NCBI GenBank assembly: GCA_032718475.1
Contig: JAUCBJ010006819.1
Coordinates: 27,800 to 91,799, forward strand
DNA: 64,000 bases
Reading direction: 5' to 3'
Source of the DNA: Nemertoderma westbladi
Lineage: Eukaryota; Animalia; Xenacoelomorpha
Made by a program: the position numbers and the translations under genes. Shown piece after piece: positions 25,801 through 36,925 of the stretch. Numbering within the stretch: the stretch's first letter is position 1; each line of letters opens with the position of its first letter. The notes under the pieces are model-generated. The model worked only from the letters and a program-made list of their open reading frames with translations, ran no database searches and was not told where the DNA came from.

Positions 25801-28800
25801 CGCGGGCGGCGTCTGTTGAACTGTGGCGTTCGGGGGCGTCGTCAGTTGAACGGTGGCGTTCGTGGGCGGCGTCTGTTGAACGGTGGCGTTCGTGGGTGGC
25901 ATCCGTTGAACGGTGGCGTTTGTGGGCGGCGTCTTATGAACAGTGGCGTTCATGGGCGGCGTCCGTTGAACGGTGGCGTTCGTGGGTGGCGTCTGTTGAA
26001 CGGTGGCGTTCGTGGGTGGCATCCGTTGAACGGTGGCGTTTGTGGGCGGCGTCTTATGAACAGTGGCGTTCATGGGCGGCGTCCGTTGAACGGTGGCGTT
26101 CGTGGCCGGCGTCTGTTGAACGGTGGCGTTCGTGGCCGGCGTCTGTTGAATGGTGGCGTTCGTGGGTGACGTCTTTTGAACGGTGGCGTTCGTGGGCGGC
26201 GTCAGTTGAACGGTGGCGTTCGTGGGTGACGTCTTTTGAACGGTGGCGTTCGTGGGCGGCGTCAGTTGAACGGTGGCGTTCGTGGACGGCGTCTGTTGAA
26301 CGGTGGCGTTCGTGGGTGGCGTCTTATGAACGGAGGCGTTCGTGGGTGGCGTCTGTTGAACGGTGGCGTTCGTGGCCGGCGTCTGTTGAACGGTGGCGTT
26401 CGTGGCCGGCGTCTGTTGAATGGTGGCGTTCGTGGGTGACGTCTTTTGAACGGTGGCGTTCGTGGGCGGCGTCAGTTGAACGGTGGCGTTCGTGGGCGGC
26501 GTCAGTTGAACGGTGGCGTTCGTGGGTGACGTCTTTTGAACGGTGGCGTTCGTGGCCGGCGTCTGTTGAATGGTGGCGTTCGTGGACGGCGTCTGTTGAA
26601 CGGTGGCGTTCGTGGGTGGCGTCTTATGAACGGAGGCGTTCGTGGGTAGCGTCTGTTGAACGGTGGCGTTCGTGGCCGGCGTCTGTTGAACGGTGGCGTT
26701 CGTGGCCGGCGTCTGTTGAATGGTGGCGTTCGTGGGTGACGTATTTTGAACGGTGGCGTTCGTGGGCGGCGTCAGTTGAACGGTGGCGTTCGTGGCCGAC
26801 GTCTTTTGAACGGTGGCGTTCGTGGACGGCGTCTGTTGAACGGTGGCGTTCGTGGCCGGCGTCTGTTGAACGGTGGCGTTCGTGGCCGGCGTCTGTTGAA
26901 TGGTGGCGTTCGTGGGTGACGTCTTTTGAACGGTGGCGTTCGTGGGTGGCGTCTGTTGAACGGTGGCGTTCGTGGCCGACGTCTTTTGAACGGTGGCGTT
27001 CGTGGACGGCGTCTGTTGAACGGTGGCGTTCGTGGGCGGCGTCAGTTGAACGGTGGCGTTCGTGGGTGGCGTCTTATGAACGGAGGCGTTCGTGGGTGGC
27101 GTCTGTTGAACGGTGGCGTTCGTGGCCGGCGTCTGTTGAATGGTGGCGTTCGTGGGTGACGTCTTTTGAACGGTGGCGTTCGTGGGCGGCGTCAGTTGAA
27201 CGGTGGCGTTCGTGGCCGGCGTCTGTTGAATGGTGGCGTTCGTGGACGGCGTCTGTTGAACGGAGGCGTTCGTGGGTGGCGTCTTATGAACGGAGGCGTT
27301 CGTGGGTGGCGTCTGTTGAACGGTGGCGTTCGTGGCCGGCGTCTGTTGAATGGTGGCGTTCGTGGGTGACGTCTTTTGAATGGTGGCGTTCGTGGGTGAC
27401 GTCTTTTGAACGGTGGCGTTCGTGGGTGGCGTCTGTTGAACGGTGGCGTTCGTGGACGGCGTCTGTTGAACGGTGGCGTTCGTGGCCGGCGTCTGTTGAA
27501 TGGTGGCGTTCGTGGGTGACGTCTTTTGAACGGTGGCGTTCGTGGGCGGCGTCAGTTGAACGGTGGCGTTCGTGGACGGCGTCTGTTGAACGGTGGCGTT
27601 CGTGGGTGGCGTCTTATGAACGGAGGCGTTCGTGGGTGGCGTCTGTCGAACGGTGGCGTTCGTGGCCGGCGTCTGTTGAATGGTGGCGTTCGTGGACGGC
27701 GTCTGTTGAACGGAGGCGTCGTGGGTGGCGTCTTATGAACGGAGGCGTTCGTGGGTGGCGTCTGTTGAACGGTGGCGTTCGTGGCCGGCGTCTGTTGAAT
27801 GGTGGCGTTCGTGGGTGACGTCTTTTGAACGGTGGCGTTCGTGGGCGGCGTCAGTTGAACGGTGGCGTTCGTGGACGGCGTCTGTTGAACGGTGGCGTTC
27901 GTGGGTGGCGTCTTATGAACGGAGGCGTTCGTGGGTGGCGTCTGTTGAACGGTGGCGTTCGTGGCCGGCGTCTGTTGAATGGTGGCGTTCGTGGACGGCG
28001 TCTGTTGAACGGAGGCGTTCGTGGGTGGCGTCTTATGAACGGAGGCGTTCGTGGGTGGCGTCTGTTGAACGGTGGCGTTCGTGGCCGACGTCTTTTGAAC
28101 GGTGGCGTTCGTGGGCGGCGTCAGTTGAACGGTGGCGTTCGTGGACGGCGTCTGTTGAACGGTGGCGTTCGTGGGTGGCGTCTTATGAACGGAGGCGTTC
28201 GTGGGTGGCGTCTGTTGAACGGTGGCGTTCGTGGCCGGCGTCTGTTGAACGGTGGCGTTCGTGGCCGGCGTCTGTTGAATGGTGGCGTTCGTGGGTGACG
28301 TCTTATGAACGGAGGCGTTCGTGGGTGGCGTCTGTTGAACGGTGGCGTTCGTGGCCGGCGTCTGTTGAACGGTGGCGTTCGTGGCCGGCGTCTGTTGAAT
28401 GGTGGCGTTCGTGGACGGCGTCTGTTGAACGGAGGCGTTCGTGGGTGACGCCTTTTGAACGGTGGCGTTCGTGGGCGGCGTCAGTTGAACGGTGGCGTTC
28501 GTGGACGGCGTCTGTTGAACGGTGGCGTTCGTGGCCGGCGTCTGTTGAATGGTGGCGTTCGTGGGTGACGTCTTTTGAACGGTGGCGTTCGTGGGCGGCG
28601 TCAGTTGAACGGTGGCGTTCGTGGACGGCGTCTGTTGAACGGTGGCGTTCGTGGGTGGCGTCTTATGAACGGTGGCGTTCGTGGCCGGCGTCTGTTGAAC
28701 GGTGGCGTTCGTGGCCGGCGTCTGTTGAATGGTGGCGTTCGTGGGTGACGTCTCTTGAACGGTGGCGTTCGTGGACGGCGTCTGTTGAACGGTGGCGTTC

Positions 28801-29060
28801 GTGGGTGGCATCCGTTGAACGGTGGCGTTCGTGGGTGGCGTCTTATGAACAGTGGCGTTCATGGGCGGCGTCCGTTGAACGGTGGCGTTCGTTGGGGACC
28901 CGTCTGTTAGCGTAACGTCCAGATCCTCCTTGAGGCTGCCGGAGGGAGAACCTGGGTAAACCGGCTGGGATAGAGACGTTGGAGATAGTGGCTTTACCTT
29001 GTCACTATCAGGCCGCGGCTGTGAAGAAAAAGAAGAAGATCTCAAACAACTCTCTAACAT
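22888..29060 (-). mobile_element. CRE-like RLE-clade non-LTR retrotransposon ORF with N-terminal 10-aa mucin-like repeats; endonuclease core truncated; one 1-nt frameshift at ~27719
   Basis: RT motifs GVRPIGIGECLRR, QLSAGTSAGVEAAIH, VDAANAFNSLNR, GVTQGDPLAM, WYADD, FLGGFLG and GGMGL. RLE zinc-knuckle CDGC...HGLNCKKGG...RHNELRD. Similarity stops after EPVVREQMEDG, before the PD..D..K region. ORFs 27552..29060 and 22888..26073 join if one T is restored near 27719. Confidence 0.85.
25458..28892. repeat. 30-bp GC-rich minisatellite, ~114 units, encoding TNATVQQTPP-type decapeptides on the minus strand
   Basis: Unit cggtggcgttcgtgggcggcgtctgttgaa with limited variants and one 29-bp unit at ~27711-27739. 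Confidence 0.97.
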
Positions 29061-29836
29061 AAATATTCATTTCATTGGAGGTTCTCTGGCTGAGTTTACC
29101 CGTACCTTGGCTATACTTAGGCTGAATGTGTATTAATATTACCCAGAATAAGTTCAGGTAAAATAATTCCCAGACATTGTATTTTCTATTTGAAATCTGC
29201 TCCTAAAGTAATTGAGAAGCCATTCCAAGCTAGTCAGCAGTTGAGATTGGTCTTAGTCTATATCAACCCAATTCCTGAGCTGTTATTGGAGGTCACAGAC
29301 AAGACACACTAACCTTGCTGAATTACCACAACCAATAACCAATAATTACCACTGTGTGCCTGTGGGAAACAGGAATGTAGATTGGTCAATATAAAAACCT
29401 GTATTACAGTATTTCACGTTATTACTCTTGCATTTCCTGAGATTGATTTCTGCTGTTACGCTTATTATTATTTGCTTTTGAACTTTACTATTAAATCTTT
29501 ATTTATAGTAAGCAGGTAAGTATAACTGTTTAATCTAACGTATTCCGCCTTTGCCGTGCAATACTGTGAACTGTTGAGAAGGAGAAGGTACTAACTACAG
29601 TACCATTTTCTGATTTTGTGTATTACTCACACGGATATTAAATAAAATAAGTAATAAAAATTATGATAATGCAGTAATGTTAATTTGTATAGTCATAGCT
29701 ATAGATAGACCTCTATCATCTACCATACTGCTATAGGTCGTCAATGACATACTATTTACCTCGTAAACTTAAACACAGAGCTCCGTTTATCATTTTACTA
29801 GGAATCCGACAGTAAATTTATTGTGTTATTATAGTT

Positions 29837-32023
29837 ATGGAATTTGATGATAAACAAATCCGAGAGTTCCGTGAAGCTTTCGATTATTTTGACGACCATT
29901 CTGAAGGATTTCTGGAGACCCGACATCTAAAGAAATACTTGGCCGAAATGGGTTATGAGGCTTCCGACTTGGAAGTAGCGCAAATGAAGTCGAAAGTAAG
30001 TTTGAATTTAGAGCGTACAGTAGTTGTAGAGAGCGTTAACTAGGAATATTGAAGGCAAAATTATCTAGTCAAAATATCTTGATAATAATATAGGCCTACT
30101 TGACGCAAATCCCGTCTTGGCGAATTAATATCTCGTCTCACTCAATGCTATATTACTGTATCAATTAAGGTAAAGGAGCAGTATACAGTGGGACGTTATT
30201 CTAACCAAAACAATAAACGAAAGTCAATAGAAAAGGCTACAGAGGAACGTTATTCTAACCAAAACAATAAACGAAAGTCAATAGAAAAGGCTACAGAGGA
30301 ACGTTATTCTAACCAAAATAATAAACTGAAGTCCTGACAGCCTGAAGTCAATTGAACCTTTTATAGCTTTATTTTTAGGAATAATCAGTTGGTATTTGCG
30401 TCCATTTTTTTACCGACACAGATAAAGAAAGTGGTACAATTATAACCGTTTGCTGATGGCTCACTTCACAGTTCGGAATCGCCCCCTCCCCCACCGCCCA
30501 CCTTAAATAAATAGTAAAAACAAAACAACATACAGAGTCAAAAAAAACAGAGATTTTGGAAAGTCACATCTGTAATGGTTTCTACTGTATGAGGTTCTCC
30601 GATTTATGCCGTTATTAAATTTGAAATATTTCAAGTGCCATGAATTTTGGTGCATCTGGGATTTGACAGAATGTACACGATGTATATGCTACCCAATGGC
30701 TCGATAATATTAGAAGTAAACAATTAATAATAATATTAATAATTCATATATTTAATATAGCATCTAAGGTTAATAAGTTATAAGGCGCTTGTAAACCGTA
30801 TGCTTTATTAAACATAACAGTTTTTAGGTCGCGTTTGAGGTTTGAATTAGTTTAGGTAGGTGCATGTTCTTAGCGTAAGTGGAAGAGTTGAAGACTGTTG
30901 GAGCGGCTATTGTACGCCAGATTGTTTTAATCTGGAGTACAATAACTACGTTTTAAACTTAATCTTTTTAATAATTTTTACTTATTTTTTCCGTGAGTAT
31001 AATTACTGGAAATTTTAAAGTGTTATCTGTGCTTTTAATAGATTGCGCCTTGAACAAACTCTGATAAGGCGGCATAAATATTATACATTTTATTATTATT
31101 GCAAAGGACCGAGCGCAACGCAGACAATTTTCAAATTATAAGTAGGAACTTTGAAAGTCGACATGTATTCGGTTCGGGTAACATTATAGTTGGAAACCAA
31201 TAAATCTAGGAGATCTGGTTAGGGACTCACAGTACAGTACTGATATGATGGAGATGTGTTTCCCTGGGTACAGTTTAAATCCTGAAACCCTTTATTATTA
31301 TGAAATTTATTAATGTAGACCTACCCCTTTCGGCAAAGAAAACAACGTATTTTCTAATATATAGGATAGTTTATTTGTGCAATTATAATGGTGTTTATTT
31401 GTAGGTCGGTTTCATCTTTGATGGGAGTCTGGTTCTGGTTCCTCATTTGTTTATGTTAAAATACTATATTTATTTTCAGTTGGATACATCAAGCAAGGAG
31501 AAAATTGATTTTGATAGCTTTTTGACAATAGCGGAGAACATCTTGGGTGGGAGTAACGAGGGAATGGAAGGGGAACTAAAGAATGCCTTCAGAATGTTCG
31601 ACAAAGAGGGATCTGGTAGTATTGGTGTAGAGGTCAGTTAGAAATTTATAATAATGCAAAATCTTTCAGAAAATAAATATTACTAAATAAATATATTAAC
31701 AATGTAACTTGTGATATAATATTAATTTAAGTGCAGCGTAACTTTGTAAATAGGAATATGTGTAAGGATACAATAAAGAGGGATATAGTAAATATATCAC
31801 ACTGCGTCCATGCTTATAAGATATCAGAATGACAACACGTGACAACACGTATTGTTTTGCTAATCTTATATCCCCCCATCCATTAATATAGGTATTACGA
31901 GAGATCATGTTAGCGGTTGATCCAAATATGGACAAGAAGGAACTTGATCAAATGATACGTGAAACTGATTCCGATGGATCAGGGACGGTGGATTTCGACG
32001 AATTTCTGGAATTCATGATGTAG
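29837..32023 (+). CDS. Troponin C/calmodulin-like EF-hand protein, 3 exons (29837-29995, 31480-31632, 31892-32023), 147 aa
   Basis: All-phase-0 GT-AG junctions (AAA|gtaagt..ttcag|TTG; GAG|gtcagt..atag|GTA). Sequence includes [25 protein letters not shown] and LREIM...[27 protein letters not shown], the last being typical of invertebrate troponin C. Confidence 0.88.
30193..30330. repeat. 54-bp tandem duplication inside a dispersed repeat family (related copies near 6210-6400, 9322 and 33870-33990)
   Basis: acgttattctaaccaaaacaataaacgaaagtcaatag at 30193 and 30247, partial at 30301. Similar text occurs at 9323 and 33891. Confidence 0.75.
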
Positions 32024-32820
32024 AAAATACTCATCTCAATATTTAGTTAATTATGGTTTTTTGTTGATCGTCGATAAACTCAACTTGTTATTCTCAACTC
32101 ATTGCTATTCGCTATTAGTTAGTATGGATCCACAACATCCAGCAACTCAGTTCGATCATTTTATTATTCGTGTGGTTTTTTTTGGTAACGAACCATTGGT
32201 AACGTGATGGTCTATACTGCGTAAAACCAGTCAGTGAGTTTTATGAGCATATTGTGTGACGTCATTGGAATCGTTCAATATTAATAGTTAAAATATATAA
32301 TGATGAAGTAACATATTGAAAAACATAACAATTAATTAATAGCTTTTATGCTACATTCATGTGATACGCTCATAAAAGACTAACTTGACGTTTTCGCAGT
32401 GTGAATAGCCAAATTATATAAAATCACATCAATATTGGAATTATATTATGAAGCTTTGTGAAACAACACTTAACCCCAATTTGTATTCCTTACGGACTGT
32501 AGTAAGTTTGTAGTTTTCAGTTTTGGAATCCGCATATCGAAATCTTTTTTATAAATGAAAATAATATGATAAAACAAAAGGTGATAATTGATATGAATGA
32601 AACTCAGTACATTACCACCCCCCCCCCCCCCGCCCCCCTAAGTGATATTTATACATTATGTATAAAGAAATTGATTGTGGGAATCTTGCCAATCTTCCGA
32701 AACGGACTTCAGAGATCTGTTACGTCACTATAATATAATACAAAGGTATGAAAACATAAATATTATGATATTTAAAAAGTGTTAATAAGATAAATTATAA
32801 GGTTGAAATAATTAATATAA

Positions 32821-35800
32821 TTATATTGGCACTTCAAGATTAAATGCAGGAATATTAACTTTAAACTCGACCATATTCTTCGGTCCTATTAGCGGTTTAT
32901 GAGTCGCGCTGTCTATATAGTGGAAGGTAAATGAGCCCCACATACAGCCGGCCTTTTCTAGAGGAATATACGACATGTATTTGAATACGGGTTCATCGGG
33001 CGAGAATATTGGTTGTCTACCAACCACGCCGTCGCCGCTGATCTTCTCAAAGTTACCGGGCCCTTCAGATCTGCAAACAATGGTTAACTACATGTTGTTT
33101 GTTTAATAATAACTAGTAAATAGTTCCGATGGTGGGAAAACATCGGCTCATATCAAAATAAGTATTCTGTTTATTGTATTTTATTAGAAATAAATTTAAA
33201 TACGGAATTTACAATTTGTTTCAACTTTTCTTTTCACTTCTAGGCCTAAACCATCCTACGGAATATAGTGTCGCAATTCAGTGACGCTATTCTTTGGGGG
33301 TGAAAACATTTTACAAATATGTTTTCACTTCAGCTAACTAGCGGTACATACAGATTACCGTCACACAAGGACGCAGGCTCTGTTCTAGCCAAGTTTCAGT
33401 TTGAACGGATTAAAAGCAAAGAAATCGAGAAGTATATTTAATGTTTGTAGCCCTCTAACGGGAGGCTGTTGGAATGATGGTGTCTGGAAGTTTTTAGCAT
33501 GTCAAAATGGTGTCGACGACAACGACAACTATTAGCAAAAATTGAGCCACCCACTACCTAACAGTGTCAGTTCGCTAAGGCTCCGGCCGCTCCGCCAACC
33601 TGTGACTCGCAATTTTTATTGAAATAATTATGTCCGATTTATGTAACATCCAACACTCCCTGTGTTATATTCATAAATATGTATTATTTCCCAAATTCTT
33701 GAAAATGGTTTTTATTGATCATCCAGTCCAGAACAACTCACGCTTTCATGTGGGCAAGTTTTTAATTTAGTTAAGCCTCAATTAGTATTAAATAATACTG
33801 ATAAAATTGAGATTGTCTGTAATGTCCAACACAACACTATGGAATAACCCGCGTGTAACTGAAGAATGAAGGTTACAGCGGCATAATGCACTATTCTAAC
33901 CAAAACAATAACGAAAGTCAATAGCATAAGTTGCAGCTTCATATATGGGAGCAATCAGCTGATAGTAATCAGATATTTGCGTAGATTTTCCCAAGGAGAG
34001 GATTAAATATGATTGCTTCAAAAGTAATTTTATGCATTACAGTAAGCCCAACCTGAACTAAACTTACCTGACGCAATTTATTATTTATACAATTTTAATA
34101 CGGGAACTGAAAGAGAAACCTTTGTGATCATAGCAAAGACTTTTCTTTCATTTAATAAACTTGTGGTATGTGCTTCTCATTTTTTCTGATTTATTTAATT
34201 AAGGCGTTTTTTGATTTTTTGAAATAAGGGGATTTTGGGTTTTTTGGGGATCTGATGAGGGTGTGCCTAAGTGCCATAGCTTCGTTAAGTGGATATGTTT
34301 CTGTGCCTTCTATTCTGCCAGTGAAACCAAAACTGATATTTAATGATTTAAAAATTTTCGTTGCTCCGAAACTTTATACAAAAAGTTGCCAGATTGTTTT
34401 GCAAACTCTATGTTGTTAAGGAAAATATTTTATGTGATGTCTGGATTTGTGTAGAAAAAAAATTCTAAAAATAAAAGAGTCATATTTATGACAAATCGAA
34501 AGGCCTATCTTAAGTGAAAAAGACTTAAGTGAGAAAAAATATTACTTAAATTTTAAATTTTAAAAATATTAATACTTATTAGTAGTAAAATCATTCCCCC
34601 CCAACCATATTGTTGTCGTAGTCTCGTAGAAATGTCGTGTAGTGTGAACGAACGTAGTGTGAACGAACGTAGTGTGAACGAAAGTAGTGTGAACGAACGT
34701 AGTGTGAACGAACGTAGTGTGAACGAACGTAGTGTGAACGAACGTAGTGTGAACGAACGTAGTGTGAACGAACGTAGTGTGAACGAACGTAGTGTGAACG
34801 AACGTAGTGTGAACGAACGTAGTGTGAACGAACGTAGTGTGAACGAACGTAGTGTGAACGAACGTAGTGTGAACGAACGTAGTGTGAACGAACGTAGTGT
34901 GAACGAACGTAGTGTGAACGAACGTAGTGTGAACAATAAACCCACCTTGATAAAACCTTCCATTCCCGGGACAGTAGCTGCATTGTGTTAACCTGATCGA
35001 AGGATTCTATCTGAATGACGTAACGCCACACCTGTTTCAGCATGGCGTCTTCTAAGTGTCCGCTGTATACTGGGACAACGGTTACACCAACGTTGTTCGT
35101 AGTCTGGGTAACCACCGTGGAGAATTCCAGAAGATGTTTAACGTTGGCCAACCAGTGGTGCAGATACTCTGTGGGCTGATAGTGGAAGTTGTCCGTGTAA
35201 CTATCAGGAATCGACTTAAAGAACTTCCCGAACAGTGGGTGCAGCACCGGTGGGGATTCGAACTGTTTGGGTCGCACCAACGGCCCTATCTCCTCGTGGG
35301 TGCAGTAATCGGAGTGGTCGAGAATCTGTTTCTTAGTTCCGTCCCGATAGAAGTTCACGGCGGAATCTGGCAGTCTGAAACTCGCGTACGGGAAGTCGGA
35401 CGGATGCATCATAACTAAATAGTAGTTCTGTTTCTCCGCATGTATCTCAGCTTTAGACGCGTTGTTTTTCCCCGCGGTCGAATTATCTTTCGATAAACTA
35501 CCTAACAGTTGATGCCCCACTGACTGCTCTTTGTGACTCTGTTTCGCATCGGGTTGCACTACCGGTACCGGTAAACCTTTCCGCTCTAAGTCCACTGTCC
35601 AACCGTTGAGAATGATTCCACGATATCCGAATACTTTGTGGATGAAGATAGTCCCAATGGGGTACAGATCGGAGCTTGGTAGCTGTCTGGAGGAGTACCC
35701 TACAGGTTCGTATCTCAACGAGACGCCGTGGGGGGTGGTGCACAAATGTTGGGCCGATACCGGGACACAAAGAGGACTTCGTGGTTTTACACAACGTATA

Positions 35801-35823
35801 GCATTGGTAACAATAAACGCCAT
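32821..35823 (-). CDS. POLDIP2: Polymerase delta-interacting protein 2 (YccV-like + ApaG domains), 2 exons (35823-34946, 33070-32821), ~375 aa
   Basis: IGTIFIHKVFGYRGII (YccV-like), then TTNNVGVTVVPVY..WRYVIQIE..QLLSREWKV and GDGVVGRQPIFSPDEPVFKY..GCMWGSF..VNIPAFNLE (ApaG). Phase-2 intron AG|gtgggt..tttgcag|A keeps the frame. Confidence 0.9.
34636..34934. repeat. 15-bp minisatellite (agtgtgaacgaacgt) x ~20 in the POLDIP2 intron
   Basis: Near-perfect tandem array beginning about 10 nt inside the 5' splice site. Confidence 0.97.
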
Positions 35824-36244
35824 TTTATTAGTTCGATTTCGATATGATTTACTTTCCTACACTAAACTATACGATAATTTTAGTAGATTTAAGATTTATA
35901 CTACACATCTTTAGCATCCTTTTTTTTACACTACTGCCGTACTGCACAACGTGCCGTATGTCAGTATGTGGTATGAGTGACTATATTGCTGTATGATGAT
36001 GACATAACAGCGTTTTCAAATTCAATTACGCCTTCCTATTTTTCTGCTCTTCTCCCTAGGGTAGCCTACTACTAGTGCTACTACTAACTGCTTTCTACAC
36101 CGGTATGTACAGGATGTAATTTTTTTTACTGGGTTTGCACTTTATTTCAGTTTCAATTTTCACAATAGTACGGTGGCTGAATGTGGCCAATTTAATTAAT
36201 TTTAAAATGGGAAATATAAAAGGAAATTAATGAAATATAATTCC

Positions 36245-36628
36245 TTAAAACAGGAATTAATCAAATTAATTCAACCCAAAACAGGAATTAATCAAATATA
36301 ATTCAACCCAAAACAGGAATTAATCAAATATAATTCAACCCAAAACAGGAATTAATCAAATATAATTCAACCCAAAACAGGAATTAATCAAATATAATTC
36401 AACCCAAAACAGGAATTAATCAAATATAATTCAACCCAAAACAGGAATTAATCAAATATAATTCAACCCAAAACAGAAATTAATCAAATATAATTCAACC
36501 AGAAACAGAATTTAATCAAATATAATTCAACCCAAAACAGGAATTAATCAAATATAATTCAACCACAAACAGAATTTAATCAAATATAATTCAACCCAAA
36601 ACAGGAATTAATCAAATATAATTCAAAC
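36245..36628. repeat. 32-bp tandem repeat (aattcaacccaaaacaggaattaatcaaatat) x ~12
   Basis: Direct inspection; period 32 (e.g. 36301 to 36333). Confidence 0.95.
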
Positions 36629-36834
36629 ATTTTGGAGGGAAATTTAAAATACTGTCTCAGTGCAGTGCAGCAAATTGTCGTTTCCTTTTCAGTCTATCAG
36701 TGCAGTACTGCAGTAACGGTTGCCCGTACCTCTGTAAGCTTAGCTGCTTAGTTCTGTGGTTAGTTGTTAATCTTTTAATCACTACAGCACTACTGACTAC
36801 CGATCTACGTAATGATGGTAGTACAAAATGTCAT

Positions 36835-36925
36835 GATGTCATGGGTGATAGGGAGTTGTGGCGGCGCAATTTTGTCGACAAGCCGGCACAGCATTCTTAA
36901 AAATGCAGCTGCAATGCAGCATGCT
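36835..36925 (+). mobile_element. 3'-terminal fragment of the RTE-group LINE
   Basis: atgtcatgggtgatagggagttgtggcggcgcaattttgtcgacaagccgg...aaaatgcagctgcaatgcagcatgc is nearly identical to 52084-52172. Confidence 0.9.

Noticed and set aside
25569-28915. Long + strand ORFs (ERWRSWAASV and NGGVRGRRLL repeats)
   Set aside because: Alternative frames of the 30-bp minisatellite, with no unique domain. Only the minus-strand frame connects to a real protein.
34591-35823. 410-aa single-exon protein with a HYVRS tail as the main product
   Set aside because: A GT-AG intron joins exon 1 to a downstream exon that completes the ApaG domain, so the repeat is intronic.
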